Positions 17,686 to 28,637 of a DNA stretch of 64,000 nt are shown piece after piece; the stretch's first letter is position 1; the number at the start of each line of letters is the position of its first letter. The notes below the pieces were generated by a model. That model ran no database searches. It saw nothing but the letters and a program-made list of their open reading frames with translations, and was not told the DNA's origin. This stretch comes from Candidatus Zhuqueibacterota bacterium. Its GTDB lineage: Bacteria > Electryoneota > RPQS01. Position numbers and translations under genes: made by a program. Location: the NCBI GenBank assembly GCA_016214895.1, contig JACRMR010000013.1:2971-66970 (forward strand). The letters are read 5' to 3'.

Positions 17686-17965
17686 ACGCTCCGTCCTCCG
17701 CAAGCCATTGCTGACCGAAAAGATCGCCGGTCTGCAGGACACTCGCAACCAGTACGCGTTTGAAGTCGATCCGATGGCCAATAAGGTCGAGATTCGGCGG
17801 GCCGTCGAACTGAAGTACGGGGTTAAGGTCACCGAAGTGAATACGATGGTCGTGCGCGGCAAAGTCAAGCGGCTGGGACGGTTTACCGGCAAGCGCGCCG
17901 ACTGGAAGAAGGCGATCATCACCCTCAAGGCCGGCGAGCGCATTGAACTCGCGCAGAATGTGTAA
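17675..17965 (+). CDS. rplW: 50S ribosomal protein L23
   Basis: L23 homology (LRKPLLTEK...VNTMVVRGK). Confidence 0.94.
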   Translation: MLHKRSVLRKPLLTEKIAGLQDTRNQYAFEVDPMANKVEIRRAVELKYGVKVTEVNTMVVRGKVKRLGRFTGKRADWKKAIITLKAGERIELAQNV

Positions 17966-18001
17966 GTAAGTTCGCGATCCAAGAGCCGAACGACCCCGAC
18001 T

Positions 18002-18844
18002 ATGCCTGTAAAGAAATTCAAACCTCTGACACCCGTACAGCGCTTCCGCACCGTGCTAGTGCGTACCGAGATCTCGAAAGAGGGTCCGGAACGCCGCCTG
18101 CTGGGCGCGCTGCCCAAGTCGGGAGGTCGCAACAACCGCGGACGCGCCACCAACATCAATACCGGCGGCGGCCATAAGCGGAGCTACCGGACCATCGACT
18201 TCCGCCGCGACAAGCTGGACATCCCCGCGACGGTCGCCCGGCTGGAATACGATCCGAACCGCACGGCGAATATCGCGCTGCTATTCTACGCTGACGGGGA
18301 AAAGCGGTACATTATCGCCCCCGTCGGACTAAAGGCCGGTGATCGCGTGGTCTCATCGCGAACGGGCAATGACGTGCGGCTGGGGAATGCGTTGCCGCTC
18401 GAGAAGATTCCGATGGGTTCATTCGTCCACAATATCGAAATGAAAGTCGGCAAAGGCGGTCAGATCGCCCGCTCCGCCGGCGCCGGCGCGCAATTGACCG
18501 CGATCGACGGCAAGTACGCCCTGTTGAAAATGCCGTCAGGCGAAATGCGGAAGATCCCGGCGGCCTGTTTGGCTACGGTCGGTCAGGTCGGCAATCTCGA
18601 TCACGAAAAGGTCACGTCGGGCAAGGCCGGGCGCACTCGCTGGCTGGGTCGCAGACCGCATACCCGCGCGGTGGCCAAGAATCCAATCGATCATCCGATG
18701 GGCGGCGGCGAAGGCCGCTCGTCCGGCGGCCGTCACCCCTGTACGCCGTGGGGAAAGCCGACCAAGGGCTATAAGACGCGCAATCCGCGCAAGAAATCCA
18801 GCGAACTGATTGTTCGCCGCCGTAACGTGCAGACGCGAGGGTAA
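18002..18844 (+). CDS. rplB: 50S ribosomal protein L2
   Basis: L2 homology ([23 protein letters not shown]). Confidence 0.96.
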   Translation: MPVKKFKPLTPVQRFRTVLVRTEISKEGPERRLLGALPKSGGRNNRGRATNINTGGGHKRSYRTIDFRRDKLDIPATVARLEYDPNRTANIALLFYADGEKRYIIAPVGLKAGDRVVSSRTGNDVRLGNALPLEKIPMGSFVHNIEMKVGKGGQIARSAGAGAQLTAIDGKYALLKMPSGEMRKIPAACLATVGQVGNLDHEKVTSGKAGRTRWLGRRPHTRAVAKNPIDHPMGGGEGRSSGGRHPCTPWGKPTKGYKTRNPRKKSSELIVRRRNVQTRG

Positions 18845-18847
18845 GCC

Positions 18848-19135
18848 GTGGCTCGTTCGCTTAAAAAAGGTCCGTACATTGAAACGCGGCTCGAGTCGCG
18901 CATTCAGGAAATGAACTCGAGGAACGAGAAGAAAGTGCTGAAGACCTGGTCGCGGCGCTCGATGATTTCTCCGGATTTCGTCGGTCATACGCTGGCCGTG
19001 CACAACGGCAAGAAGTTTCTTCCGATCTACATCACCGAAAACATGGTCGGTCACAAGCTCGGCGAGTTTGCGCCGACGCGGACCTTCAAAGGCCACACGG
19101 CCAAGAAGGCCGAAAAGACCGTCGCGAAGAAGTAA
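18848..19135 (+). CDS. rpsS: 30S ribosomal protein S19
   Basis: GTG start; [11 protein letters not shown]...HNGKKF: S19. Confidence 0.95.
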   Translation: MARSLKKGPYIETRLESRIQEMNSRNEKKVLKTWSRRSMISPDFVGHTLAVHNGKKFLPIYITENMVGHKLGEFAPTRTFKGHTAKKAEKTVAKK

Positions 19136-19138
19136 ATC

Positions 19139-19642
19139 ATGGAATCGCGCTGCGTAACCCGATACGTCCGTGTCACCCCGCGCAAGATGCGGCTCGTCGC
19201 CGATCTTGTCCGCGGTAAGAATGTGCACGAGGCCGTCAATTTACTCAAGTTCACCACCCGCTCCGCCGCCCAGCCGACGCTGAAGGCGATTCAGTCCGCT
19301 GTGGCCAATCTGGTCAACTCGGACGAAGGCCGGGACGTGAATCCGGAACAGCTGTTCGTCAAGACGATCTTCGTGGACGAGGGGCCGACCATGAAGCGGT
19401 TCATGCCGCGGGCCATGGGTCGTGCCGCCCCGATCATGAAACGCAGCAGCCATTTGACCGTGTTCGTGGCGACACCGGAAGCGGCGCATGACATCGAGGC
19501 GGCCGCGGTTGCCGAAGCACAGCCGAAGGCGGCGCCCAAGCCAAGCGTCAAAGCGGCGCCGAAGCCGGTCGTCAAGGCCACGACCGAAAAGAAATCCGCC
19601 GCCAAACCGGCGGTCAAGAAGAGTCCAGCGAAGAAGTCATAA
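19139..19642 (+). CDS. rplV: 50S ribosomal protein L22 with ~55-aa Ala/Lys/Pro-rich C-terminal extension
   Basis: L22 core followed by the tail [37 protein letters not shown]. Confidence 0.93.
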   Translation: MESRCVTRYVRVTPRKMRLVADLVRGKNVHEAVNLLKFTTRSAAQPTLKAIQSAVANLVNSDEGRDVNPEQLFVKTIFVDEGPTMKRFMPRAMGRAAPIMKRSSHLTVFVATPEAAHDIEAAAVAEAQPKAAPKPSVKAAPKPVVKATTEKKSAAKPAVKKSPAKKS

Positions 19643-19653
19643 GAGAATCCACT

Positions 19654-20448
19654 GTGGGTCAAAAAGTTCAACCTGTCGGCATGCGCTTGGGTGGTATCCG
19701 CACCTGGAACAGCGCGTGGTTTGACGAACGAAGTTTCGCGGATAAGCTGCACGAAGATCTCTATCTGAGAAAATACCTGACGCAGCGCCTGAAGCAGGCC
19801 AGCGTGGCGGGGATCCAGATCGAGCGCACGCCGAAGCAGCTGACGCTGACCATCCGCACGTCGCGGCCCGGAATCGTGATCGGGCGCAAAGGCGCGGAAG
19901 TGGACAAACTCAAGGCGGAGCTGAAGAAGCTCACCAGCCGGGACGTTCAGGTCAATATTTACGAAATCAAGCGGCCCGAACTTGAGGCGAAGCTGGTGGC
20001 CGATATGATCGCCAGTCAGCTCGAAGGCCGGGTGTCATTTCGCCGCGCGATGAAGAAAGCGATCCAGACCACGATGCGGATGGGCGCGGAAGGCATCAAG
20101 GTCATGTGCTCGGGCTGTCTGGGCGGCGCCGAAATGTCGCGAGTCGAAGGCTATCGTGAAGGGCGAGTGCCGCTGCACACACTGCGCGCGGATATCGACT
20201 ACGCACTTTCCGTCGCGAAGACCGCGTACGGCACGATTGGCGTCAAAGTGTGGATCTGCCGCGGCGAAGTCATCGGTAAGGACGCGCTCGCGCAAGGGCA
20301 GATTCGCGGCAGCCGCGAACGCGAAGCTCATGGTGAACGAAGCGATCGTCCGGATCACCGCGATCACCGGGACCGTCCGGATCGACGTCCGGACCATCGC
20401 CCGGACCAGCGTGGAGATCGTGGTCCCAATCCCGGCGGTCGGAGATAA
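19654..20448 (+). CDS. rpsC: 30S ribosomal protein S3 with Arg/Asp/His/Pro-rich C-terminal tail
   Basis: GTG start; [13 protein letters not shown] and KH domain; tail [27 protein letters not shown]. Confidence 0.94.
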   Translation: MGQKVQPVGMRLGGIRTWNSAWFDERSFADKLHEDLYLRKYLTQRLKQASVAGIQIERTPKQLTLTIRTSRPGIVIGRKGAEVDKLKAELKKLTSRDVQVNIYEIKRPELEAKLVADMIASQLEGRVSFRRAMKKAIQTTMRMGAEGIKVMCSGCLGGAEMSRVEGYREGRVPLHTLRADIDYALSVAKTAYGTIGVKVWICRGEVIGKDALAQGQIRGSREREAHGERSDRPDHRDHRDRPDRRPDHRPDQRGDRGPNPGGRR

Positions 20449-20454
20449 CGAGCT

Positions 20455-20874
20455 ATGTTGACACCGAAACGAATGAAGTTCCGCAAGCAGCAGCGCCGCC
20501 GGCGAATGGGATTCGACTATGCGGGCAGCACCGTTGCTTTCGGCGAATTTGGATTGAAGGCGATGGCCGCGTGCTGGATGACGTCGCGGCAGATCGAGGC
20601 CGCCCGTGTCGCCCTGACGCGCCATATCAAGCGCGGCGGCAAAGTCTGGATCCGCATCTTCCCCGATAAGCCGTGCAGCAAGAAGCCGCTGGAGACGCGG
20701 CAGGGCAAGGGCAAGGGTCCCGTGGAATTCTATGCGGCCGTGATTCGCCCCGGCCGCGTGTTGTTTGAAATCGAAGGCGTGGATGTCGCCACGGCTCGCG
20801 AAGCGATGCGCCTGGCGGCGCAGAAGCTGCCGATCAAGACGAAGTTCGTCGAGCGCGAAATCAGCCACACTTAA
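20455..20874 (+). CDS. rplP: 50S ribosomal protein L16
   Basis: [19 protein letters not shown]: L16. Confidence 0.96.
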   Translation: MLTPKRMKFRKQQRRRRMGFDYAGSTVAFGEFGLKAMAACWMTSRQIEAARVALTRHIKRGGKVWIRIFPDKPCSKKPLETRQGKGKGPVEFYAAVIRPGRVLFEIEGVDVATAREAMRLAAQKLPIKTKFVEREISHT

Positions 20875-20897
20875 CCCGTCGACCTGTTATCTATCTC

Positions 20898-21140
20898 ATG
20901 GCAAAAGGTTCCGCACGTCCGATGAAGATGACCGAACTGAAAGAACTCAGCAAGGTCGAACTCGGCAACCGCCTGCACGAATCGGCGGACAATCTCGAAG
21001 CGTTGCGCTTCCAGTTGGACTCCGGTCAACTGCCCAACACCGCACGGGTGCGTCAGATCCGTCGCGACATCGCCCGCCTGAAGACCGTCTCCCACGAAAT
21101 CGAACTGGGTCTGCGGAAGCCGAAAGGAGCCAAGGCGTGA
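20898..21140 (+). CDS. rpmC: 50S ribosomal protein L29
   Basis: [10 protein letters not shown]...LRFQL: L29; 80 aa with a short N-terminal extension. Confidence 0.9.
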   Translation: MAKGSARPMKMTELKELSKVELGNRLHESADNLEALRFQLDSGQLPNTARVRQIRRDIARLKTVSHEIELGLRKPKGAKA

Positions 21141-21424
21141 GCGCCACGTTAACTGCCGCGGCATCCGAGGAACGGCGCGGACTGCGCAAAACGCGCGTCG
21201 GGCTGGTCGTTTCCAATAAGATGGACAAGACGATCGTCGTGGCCGTGGAACGCCGCGTGAAGGATCCCCTCTACCAGAAGTACGTGAAGCGTACGCGCAA
21301 GTTCATGGCGCATGACGAGCAGAACGAGTGTCAGATCGGCGACCGCGTCCGGATCATGGAAACCCGACCGATGTCCAAGCATAAGAACTGGCGTCTGGTG
21401 CAAATCGTCGAGAAGAGAAAGTAA
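21137..21424 (+). CDS. rpsQ: 30S ribosomal protein S17
   Basis: GTG start overlapping the rpmC stop (GTGA). [44 protein letters not shown]: S17. Confidence 0.92.
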   Translation: MSATLTAAASEERRGLRKTRVGLVVSNKMDKTIVVAVERRVKDPLYQKYVKRTRKFMAHDEQNECQIGDRVRIMETRPMSKHKNWRLVQIVEKRK

Positions 21425-21430
21425 GCGGCC

Positions 21431-21799
21431 ATGATTCAGGAATTTACGATTCTCAATGTCGCCGACAATACCGGCGCCAAGAAAGTCCGCTGCTTCCGGG
21501 TCTATGGCGGCACGTTGCGCCGCACGGCATCGGTGGGCGATATTATTATGGTCTCGGTGCGAACGGCCATTCCGAGCGGCACGGTCAAGAAAGGCGAGAA
21601 GTCGCGCGCGGTGATCGTGCGCACCAAGAAGGAAGTCCGGCGCAAAGACGGTTCCTACATTCGATTCGATGAAAACGCCGTGGTCTTGATCGACAAGGAT
21701 AATGAACCGCGCGGCACCCGTATCTTCGGCCCCGTGGCCCGCGAGTTACGCGAGAAGCAGTTCATGAAAATCGTGTCGCTGGCACCGGAAGTCGTCTAA
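21431..21799 (+). CDS. rplN: 50S ribosomal protein L14
   Basis: [19 protein letters not shown]: L14. Confidence 0.96.
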   Translation: MIQEFTILNVADNTGAKKVRCFRVYGGTLRRTASVGDIIMVSVRTAIPSGTVKKGEKSRAVIVRTKKEVRRKDGSYIRFDENAVVLIDKDNEPRGTRIFGPVARELREKQFMKIVSLAPEVV

Positions 21800-21817
21800 C
21801 GACGGCGGAGAGAGATA

Positions 21818-22159
21818 ATGTCCACCCATCTGAAAATCAAAAAGGACGACCTCGTGCTCGTGGTCGCGGGAAACGACCGCGGCAAGCGAGGCAAAGTGCT
21901 GAAGGTGTTCCCGGACAAGCTGCGCGTCATTGTCGAGGGCGTCAACTTCGTCAAGAAACATCAACGGCCCACACAGCAGAATCCGCAAGGCGGCATTCTG
22001 ACACGCGAGGGTTCGATTCATATTTCCAATATCATGTTGATCGATCCGAAGTCGGGCAAACCGACGCGCATCGGTCGCAAAGTCGTCGGCACGGGCGAAC
22101 AGCGTCAGCGAGTTCGCTATGCCAAAGCTTCCAACGAGATGATCCGCGATGAGCGCTGA
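21818..22159 (+). CDS. rplX: 50S ribosomal protein L24
   Basis: KOW motif ([20 protein letters not shown]). Confidence 0.95.
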   Translation: MSTHLKIKKDDLVLVVAGNDRGKRGKVLKVFPDKLRVIVEGVNFVKKHQRPTQQNPQGGILTREGSIHISNIMLIDPKSGKPTRIGRKVVGTGEQRQRVRYAKASNEMIRDER

Positions 22160-22859
22160 AAAGGCCAAAGACGCGAAGCCGCAGAAGCCGGCGAAGGCGG
22201 CCCCGCCGCAGGCCGGGGCCAAGAAGGCCACCAAAGAAGACAAGAAGGCCGGATTCGTTGTTGGCGAGCGGCCCAAACTGCCCGCGGGCTACGTGCCGCG
22301 CTTCCAGCAGCACTATGCCGACAAGGTGGTGCCGGCGCTGGTCAAGCGCTTCAGCTACGACAACGCCATGCGAATTCCGCGACTCTCGAAGGTCGTGATC
22401 AACATGGGGTTGGGCGACGCCGCGGCCAACCCGCGCTTGATCGACAGCGTCGTGCGCGAGATCGCCGCCATTTCGGGACAGCGTCCGGCCGTGGCGAAGG
22501 CGCGCAAGTCGATCTCGAATTTCAAACTCCGCGAAGGCATGCCGATCGGAGTCTATGTTACCCTGCGCCGGGCCACGATGTGGGAGTTCGTTGACCGCCT
22601 GATCACGATGGCTACGCCGCGGATCCGGGATTTCCGCGGGCTGCCGGATAAGGGCTTCGACGGGCGCGGCAATTATACCGTCGGCCTCAAGGAGCATATC
22701 ATCTTTCCCGAGATCGATATCGACGCCGTCGATAAGATCCGGGGCATGGATATCACCTTCGTGACGACCGCGAAGACCGATCAGGAAGCCTACGAATTGT
22801 TGCGCGAACTGGGCCTACCGATGCGCAAGCGCGAAGTGAAAGCCGCCAGCGCGGCCTAA
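22149..22859 (+). CDS. rplE: 50S ribosomal protein L5 (with ~48-aa Lys/Ala/Pro-rich N-terminal extension, or alternative GTG start at 22293)
   Basis: L5 core begins near [12 protein letters not shown]...INMGLGDA. The ATG at 22149 overlaps the rplX 3' end by 11 nt. Confidence 0.9.
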   Translation: MSAEKAKDAKPQKPAKAAPPQAGAKKATKEDKKAGFVVGERPKLPAGYVPRFQQHYADKVVPALVKRFSYDNAMRIPRLSKVVINMGLGDAAANPRLIDSVVREIAAISGQRPAVAKARKSISNFKLREGMPIGVYVTLRRATMWEFVDRLITMATPRIRDFRGLPDKGFDGRGNYTVGLKEHIIFPEIDIDAVDKIRGMDITFVTTAKTDQEAYELLRELGLPMRKREVKAASAA

Positions 22860-22892
22860 TCTGCAAACCATTCACAGAGTCGATAGACGAAT

Positions 22893-23078
22893 ATGGCGAA
22901 GGCCTGCTTAATTGCCAAGTCGATCAAGGAACCGAAATTCAAGGTTCGCGCGCATCATCGTTGCCGCCGGTGCGGCCGGCCCCGCGCCTTCCTGCGCAAG
23001 TTCGCGCTCTGCCGAATTTGTTTTCGTGAACTGGCCCTGATGGGCGAGATTCCCGGTATCGTCAAGGCGTCCTGGTAA
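22893..23078 (+). CDS. rpsN: 30S ribosomal protein S14 type Z (zinc-binding)
   Basis: 61 aa with CRRCGR...CRIC zinc ribbon. Confidence 0.94.
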   Translation: MAKACLIAKSIKEPKFKVRAHHRCRRCGRPRAFLRKFALCRICFRELALMGEIPGIVKASW

Positions 23079-23112
23079 CCCCCCAGAATTTCCATCCCCG
23101 TAGCGAAGCGAT

Positions 23113-23511
23113 ATGCCTACTACCGATCCGATTGCTGATTTCCTGAATCGTGTGCGCAACGGTATGCGCGTGCGTAAGCCCTATGTCGATGTGCCCTACT
23201 CGCGCATGAAGGCCGAACTGGCCCGCGTGCTGTTCGAGGCGAGCTACATCTATGATCACGTGTATGTCGATGAAGGTCCGCAGGGATTCCTGCGGCTTTA
23301 TCTCAAGTACACCGCACGCGGCGATTCGGCCATTCAAGGCCTGCGCCGGATTTCCAAGTGCGGGTTGCGCCGCTATGTGGATCACACGAAGATTCCGCGC
23401 GTGCTGAACGGCTTGGGGATGTCGATCGTCACGACCAGCCGGGGCGTGATGACCGGCGGACAGGCGAAGAAGTTGGGTCTGGGCGGCGAGCTGATCGCCG
23501 AAATCTGGTAA
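23113..23511 (+). CDS. rpsH: 30S ribosomal protein S8
   Basis: S8 homology (DPIADFLNRVRNG...). Confidence 0.95.
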   Translation: MPTTDPIADFLNRVRNGMRVRKPYVDVPYSRMKAELARVLFEASYIYDHVYVDEGPQGFLRLYLKYTARGDSAIQGLRRISKCGLRRYVDHTKIPRVLNGLGMSIVTTSRGVMTGGQAKKLGLGGELIAEIW

Positions 23512-23547
23512 GCATCGCGCCACGCGAGAACGCAGGAGATAGTTTCA

Positions 23548-24087
23548 GTGTCACGAATTGGCCGCGCCCCGATTTCCGTCCCCAAAGGCGTTCAGGTAAC
23601 GCTGCAGGACAACTTCATCTCCGTGAAGGGTCCGAACGGCACGTTGCAACGACGTCTGCATCCCGATATGGCCGTCGCGCAGGATGATGGCGTGATCACC
23701 GTCACGCGTCCGACCGACAACAAGAATCATCGCGCGCTGCACGGCTTGACGCGCGCGCTGATCAATAATATGGTCAAGGGCGTGACGGTAGGCTTCCGCA
23801 AAGAACTCGAAATCAACGGCGTCGGATTTCGCGCCGAAATCAAGAGCAAAGGTGTGCTGCTCAACGTCGGTTATACGCACGGCGTCTTCATCGTCACTCC
23901 GCCGGGAGTCAAGATCGAAGTGCCGAAGCCGACGTCGATCGTGGTGAGCGGAGCCGATGCCGAACTGGTCGGTCATGTGGCCGCGGAAATCCGCGATGTG
24001 CGCAAGCCGGAACCGTACAAGGGCAAGGGCATTCGCTACATCGACGAACAGGTGAAGCGCAAGGCCGGCAAGACCGCGAAGAAGTAA
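23548..24087 (+). CDS. rplF: 50S ribosomal protein L6
   Basis: GTG start; SRIGRAPISVPKGV: L6. Confidence 0.95.
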   Translation: MSRIGRAPISVPKGVQVTLQDNFISVKGPNGTLQRRLHPDMAVAQDDGVITVTRPTDNKNHRALHGLTRALINNMVKGVTVGFRKELEINGVGFRAEIKSKGVLLNVGYTHGVFIVTPPGVKIEVPKPTSIVVSGADAELVGHVAAEIRDVRKPEPYKGKGIRYIDEQVKRKAGKTAKK

Positions 24088-24210
24088 TCCCGGAGTCGCG
24101 CCCCACGCGCGAACTGCGACCCATCTGGCAACACCCTCCGTTGCCTGAACCTCGCGCCAAGCGCGCGGGACCTGAACAGCAGCCACCGTCGGAAATGGTG
24201 GCGAGGAGCA

Positions 24211-24591
24211 TTGAGAACCGTGTCGACTCTTACGCAGAAGAAAGCCAAATCCCGCGCCCGTCGCAAGAAGCACATTCGCAAGATCGTGCAGGGGACGCCC
24301 GAGCGTCCGCGGCTGGTCGTGTTTCGTTCGCTTAATCATGTGTACGCCCAACTGGTCGATGACCGCTCGGGCAAGACGTTAATGGGAGTCTCGTCGCTGA
24401 CTCCCGGCGTGCGTGAACAGACCAAGGGCAAGAAGCCGAACGAAGTCAGCCTGCTCGTCGGCGAGGCCTGCGCGAAGAAGGCGCTGGAGCAGAGCATTTC
24501 CAAGGTCGTGTTCGACCGCAACGGGTTTCCGTATCATGGCCGTGTGAGCGCAGTGGCCGACGGAGCGCGCAAGGGCGGCCTGCAATTCTAA
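24211..24591 (+). CDS. rplR: 50S ribosomal protein L18
   Basis: RPRLVVFRSLNHVYAQLVDD: L18; start approximate. Confidence 0.92.
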   Translation: MRTVSTLTQKKAKSRARRKKHIRKIVQGTPERPRLVVFRSLNHVYAQLVDDRSGKTLMGVSSLTPGVREQTKGKKPNEVSLLVGEACAKKALEQSISKVVFDRNGFPYHGRVSAVADGARKGGLQF

Positions 24592-24594
24592 CCG

Positions 24595-25155
24595 ATGACC
24601 ATTCCACGAATGACGGATCAGCCTGAACGCAGCGGCCGCGGCCGCGATCGAGACAACGACGGAGAATACTCCGGCGAATCGCTCATCGAGAAGACCGTGT
24701 GCCTCAACCGCGTCGCCAAGGTGGTGAAGGGTGGACGCAATTTCTCGTTCAATGCAGTCGTAATCGTCGGCGACGGCAAGGGCCGTGCCGGTTACGGACT
24801 GGGCAAGGCCAACGAAGTTGTTGATGCGATTTCCAAAGCGACGCTCGCGGCCAAGCGCTCGCTCAAGCGCTACCCGATTCTCGGCGCGACGCTGCCGCAT
24901 ACCACCTCCGGCAAGTTCGGCGCGGGCCGGATTCTGCTACGCCCCGCCTCGGCCGGCACCGGCGTGATCGCCGGCGGCTCCGTGCGCATGGCCATGGAGT
25001 GCGTGGGCGTGCGGGACGTCCTGACCAAAGTCATGGGTACCAACAACCCGCATAACGTCGTTAAGGCCGTGTTCGCCGCGCTCGACAAGTTGCATGATGT
25101 CCGCATGATCGCCGAACGCCGCGGGATCACCGTGCGCGAAGTGTTCAACGCCTAA
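24595..25155 (+). CDS. rpsE: 30S ribosomal protein S5
   Basis: S5 dsRBD and C-terminal domain ([26 protein letters not shown]). Confidence 0.95.
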   Translation: MTIPRMTDQPERSGRGRDRDNDGEYSGESLIEKTVCLNRVAKVVKGGRNFSFNAVVIVGDGKGRAGYGLGKANEVVDAISKATLAAKRSLKRYPILGATLPHTTSGKFGAGRILLRPASAGTGVIAGGSVRMAMECVGVRDVLTKVMGTNNPHNVVKAVFAALDKLHDVRMIAERRGITVREVFNA

Positions 25156-25191
25156 TTTCAAGCATTTCATTTCCCGACGATATCTCAGACC

Positions 25192-25389
25192 ATGGATAAG
25201 AAGCTCAAAGTTACCTGGATTCGCAGCACGATCCGGCGACCCAAGAAGCACAAGCTGACGATCACGGCGATGGGTTTCCACCGCCTGAACGAAACGCTCT
25301 TGTTTCCCGACAATCCGGCCATGCGCGGAATGATCGATCAGGTGCGTCATCTCGTGACGTGGGAAGTCGTCGATGGAGGCCAGGCATGA
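25192..25389 (+). CDS. rpmD: 50S ribosomal protein L30
   Basis: 65 aa with L30 homology. Confidence 0.92.
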   Translation: MDKKLKVTWIRSTIRRPKKHKLTITAMGFHRLNETLLFPDNPAMRGMIDQVRHLVTWEVVDGGQA

Positions 25390-25823
25390 GCTTAAGCAAT
25401 CTCAAGCCCGCAGCGGGTTCGACGCACAAGAAAAAGCGGATCGGTCGTGGCCCAAGCTCGGGGAGCGGCGGCAGCGCCGGACGCGGTGAAAAAGGTTACC
25501 TGGCGCGCGCGGGTTCCGTCCGCAAGAAAGGCTTCGAGGGCGGTCAGATGCCGATCTATCGCCGCCTGCCCAAGTTCGGCTTCAAGAACTTGTGGGCTGA
25601 TCCGGTGCAGATCGTTAATATTCGTGATCTCGACAAGCTGACCGGAACGACCGTCGATGCCGCTTCGCTCAAGCAAGCCGGACTGATCCGCTACGTGGAG
25701 CAGGCCGTGAAGATCCTCGGCAATGGCGACGCCAAACGGCCGTACGAAGTCAAGGGCTGTAAACTTTCCGCCTCAGCGGCTGCCAAGATTACCGGAGCCG
25801 GCGGCAGGGTGGACACTGACTGA
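25386..25823 (+). CDS. rplO: 50S ribosomal protein L15
   Basis: ATGA overlap with the rpmD stop; Gly-rich [17 protein letters not shown]: L15. Confidence 0.93.
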   Translation: MSLSNLKPAAGSTHKKKRIGRGPSSGSGGSAGRGEKGYLARAGSVRKKGFEGGQMPIYRRLPKFGFKNLWADPVQIVNIRDLDKLTGTTVDAASLKQAGLIRYVEQAVKILGNGDAKRPYEVKGCKLSASAAAKITGAGGRVDTD

Positions 25824-27151
25824 TGCTTGACCGGTTTCAAAACGTTTTCAAAATCCCCGAACTGCGGGATCGGATTCTATTCACTTTATTGATTCTGTTG
25901 GTCTTCCGAATTGGCGGGCACGTGCCCGTCGCCGGAATCGACGCTTCGGCCCTGGCCGAATTCTTTCAACAAAATCAAAACACGTTGTTCGGCCTGTACG
26001 ACATGTTTGTCGGTGGAGCGTTTCAGCGCGCCACCATTTTTGCTCTCGGTATCATGCCGTACATCTCCGCCTCGATCATCTTCCAGCTGATGGGAACGGT
26101 TGTCCCGTATTTCCAGAAGTTGCAGAAGGAAGGCGAAGAGGGCCGCAAGAAGATCACCCAGCTGACCCGCTACGGTACCGTCATCATCGCGGCGCTGCAG
26201 GCCGGCGGTGTCTCGATCTTTCTGGAGCGGCTGATCGCGACCTCCGGCGCGCCGGTCGTCCCTGATCCGGGATTCGGCTTCCGCTTCCTGACGATGGTCA
26301 CGCTTGCGGCGGGCACAACGCTGATCATGTGGCTGGGTGAACAGATCACCGAGCGCGGAATCGGTAACGGAATTTCATTACTGATCTTCTTCGGTATCGT
26401 GGACCGTCTGCCGTATGCGATCATGGAAGAGGCGCAACAGGTGGCGATCGGAACACGGCATATCATGGTGGACGTGCTGTTCGTGGTGATGCTGTTCGCG
26501 ATCACGATGGCGGTCGTCGGGCTGACCCAGGGGATGCGCAAAATTCCGGTGCAGTATGCCAAGCGCACGGTTGGCCGCAAGACGTATGGTGGTCAATCCA
26601 CGCATATTCCGCTGCGCGTCAATTCCGCGGGCGTGATGCCGATCATCTTCGCACAGTCGATTCTCTTCATCCCGTCTTCGGTCGCCAGCTTTCTGCCCGA
26701 GGGCGGCTTCCAGCAGGCGATGATCAATGCCTTCAGCGGACAGGGTGCGGCTTACCTCATCATGGAGTTCCTGCTGATCGTCTTCTTCACGTATTTCTAT
26801 ACGGCGATCGTGCTGAACCCGGTCGATTTGGCCGATAACATGAAGAAGAACGGCGGCTTCATTCCGGGTATTCGTCCGGGAAAGCAGACGTCGGAGTTCA
26901 TCGATTCGATCCTGTCGCGGGTGACGTTGCCGGGTGCGTTGGCGCTGGGTGCCATCGCGGTGGTTCCGTCGATCATCGTTAATCAGTTCAACGTCACGTA
27001 TAATTTCGCTTCGTTCTTCGGCGGAACTACGATCCTGATTATCGTCGGTGTGCTGTTGGATACGCTCCAGCAGGTGGAATCTCACCTCGTGATGCGGCAC
27101 TATGACGGCCTGATGAAGTCCGGCCGCATTCGCGGTCGTCGCCGGATGTAA
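25823..27151 (+). CDS. secY: preprotein translocase subunit SecY
   Basis: 442 aa, 10 predicted TM segments, SecY homology. Start overlaps the rplO stop. Confidence 0.96.
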   Translation: MLDRFQNVFKIPELRDRILFTLLILLVFRIGGHVPVAGIDASALAEFFQQNQNTLFGLYDMFVGGAFQRATIFALGIMPYISASIIFQLMGTVVPYFQKLQKEGEEGRKKITQLTRYGTVIIAALQAGGVSIFLERLIATSGAPVVPDPGFGFRFLTMVTLAAGTTLIMWLGEQITERGIGNGISLLIFFGIVDRLPYAIMEEAQQVAIGTRHIMVDVLFVVMLFAITMAVVGLTQGMRKIPVQYAKRTVGRKTYGGQSTHIPLRVNSAGVMPIIFAQSILFIPSSVASFLPEGGFQQAMINAFSGQGAAYLIMEFLLIVFFTYFYTAIVLNPVDLADNMKKNGGFIPGIRPGKQTSEFIDSILSRVTLPGALALGAIAVVPSIIVNQFNVTYNFASFFGGTTILIIVGVLLDTLQQVESHLVMRHYDGLMKSGRIRGRRRM

Positions 27152-27169
27152 AGCCGCTGTAACGTCGCC

Positions 27170-27835
27170 ATGGCCCGATATACCGTCATCATGCTGGGCG
27201 CCGTCGGAGTGGGGAAGGGGACCCAGGCGCAACGGCTGGTTAACTACCTGCGGGTGCCGCAAATATCGACTGGGGATATCCTGCGGGCCGAAGTGCAAGC
27301 GGGAAGCGAGTTAGGGGTCAAGGCGAAGGAAATCATGAATCGCGGGGAGCTGGTTCCGGACGATCTGATCATTGATATCGTACGGAAGCGCTTGCAGCAG
27401 GATGACGCCGTTCGCGGCGCGATCTTCGACGGATTTCCCCGGACCATTCCGCAAGCGCAAGCGTTGGATAAGCTGCTGGTGGAGGTCGGCCTGCCGACGC
27501 CGCGGACCGTTTCCATCGACGTGCCGCGAGACGCGATTATCGAACGATTGAGTTCGCGTCGGGTCTGTACGACGTGCGGCGCGACGTTCAGCATCCATAC
27601 GACACCGGACGTCGAGACGAACCACAAGTGCCCCAAGGGCGAGGCGAATGTGATTCAGCGCGACGACGACCAGCCGGCCACCATCGCGCAACGGTTGAGA
27701 GTGTACGAAGAGAAGACGGCGCCGCTGATCGATTACTACCAGAAGTCGAATCAACTGCGGATCGTCGATGGCGTCGGGAGCGAAGACCAGGTGTTTGCGC
27801 GCGTCCTCATCGCGCTGGATCCCGATCTCGCATGA
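27170..27835 (+). CDS. adk: adenylate kinase (long, zinc-lid type)
   Basis: P-loop GAVGVGKGTQ and lid with CTTCG...CPKGE. Confidence 0.94.
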   Translation: MARYTVIMLGAVGVGKGTQAQRLVNYLRVPQISTGDILRAEVQAGSELGVKAKEIMNRGELVPDDLIIDIVRKRLQQDDAVRGAIFDGFPRTIPQAQALDKLLVEVGLPTPRTVSIDVPRDAIIERLSSRRVCTTCGATFSIHTTPDVETNHKCPKGEANVIQRDDDQPATIAQRLRVYEEKTAPLIDYYQKSNQLRIVDGVGSEDQVFARVLIALDPDLA

Positions 27836-28587
27836 TCATTGTCAAATCGGCCCCCGAGCTCGACCTGATGCGCCAGGCGGGTCGGATCCTCGCCGGTGCG
27901 TTTGAGGTCGCGGCACCGCTGATGGTCCCCGGCACTCCGGCGATTGACGTGGATCGAGTCGTCGATGACTTCATCCGGTCGTGCGGCGCAATTCCCGCTT
28001 TCAAGAATTACCCGAATGCCGAAGGGGTTCCGTTCCCGGCTTCGGTGTGCCTGTCGATCGAGGCGGAAGTCGTGCACGGCATCCCGAACGGCCAACCCCT
28101 GAAAGCGGGGACGATTGCGGGGTTGGATATCGGCGTGATGTTTAACGGATACTACGCCGATGCCGCTCGGACCTATGCCATTGGTGACGTTGACGCGGAA
28201 CGCCGGCGGCTGATGGATGTTACGCGACAGGCTCTGGAATTGGGGATTGAACAGGCGCGCGAAGGCGGCCACCTCTCGAATATCGGGCATGCGGTGCAGT
28301 CCTACGTCGAGGCGCAAGGTTTCAGCGTCGTTCGCGATCTTGTCGGACATGGAATCGGCAAGAGCCTGCATGAAGACCCGCAAGTGCCGAACTACGGCCC
28401 GCCGAAGCGCGGTCCGGTGCTGCGTCGAAACATGACGATTGCCATCGAGCCGATGATCAACATGGGCACGTACGAGGTCGAGATGATCGGCGATTGGCAG
28501 ATCGTCACGCGCGACCGCAAACCTTCCGCGCACTTCGAACACACCGTGGTGATTCGCGACGGGGCTGCTGAAATACTTACGCTCTGA
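27832..28587 (+). CDS. map: type I methionine aminopeptidase
   Basis: ATGA overlap with the adk stop; MAP metal-ligand pattern (D..D..H..E..E) and homology. Confidence 0.93.
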   Translation: MIIVKSAPELDLMRQAGRILAGAFEVAAPLMVPGTPAIDVDRVVDDFIRSCGAIPAFKNYPNAEGVPFPASVCLSIEAEVVHGIPNGQPLKAGTIAGLDIGVMFNGYYADAARTYAIGDVDAERRRLMDVTRQALELGIEQAREGGHLSNIGHAVQSYVEAQGFSVVRDLVGHGIGKSLHEDPQVPNYGPPKRGPVLRRNMTIAIEPMINMGTYEVEMIGDWQIVTRDRKPSAHFEHTVVIRDGAAEILTL

Positions 28588-28637
28588 GCCTGTGCAGCTG
28601 CGGCGGCCGCCCGCCGGGCGCACCGGGGTGCGGATAG

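Noticed and set aside
22293-22859. Shorter L5 starting at in-frame GTG 22293
   Set aside because: This is possible, but it would leave a 133-nt untranslated, stop-free gap in a tightly coupled operon. The long form fits the pattern of K/A-rich tails on L22 and L17, so it is kept as an alternative only.
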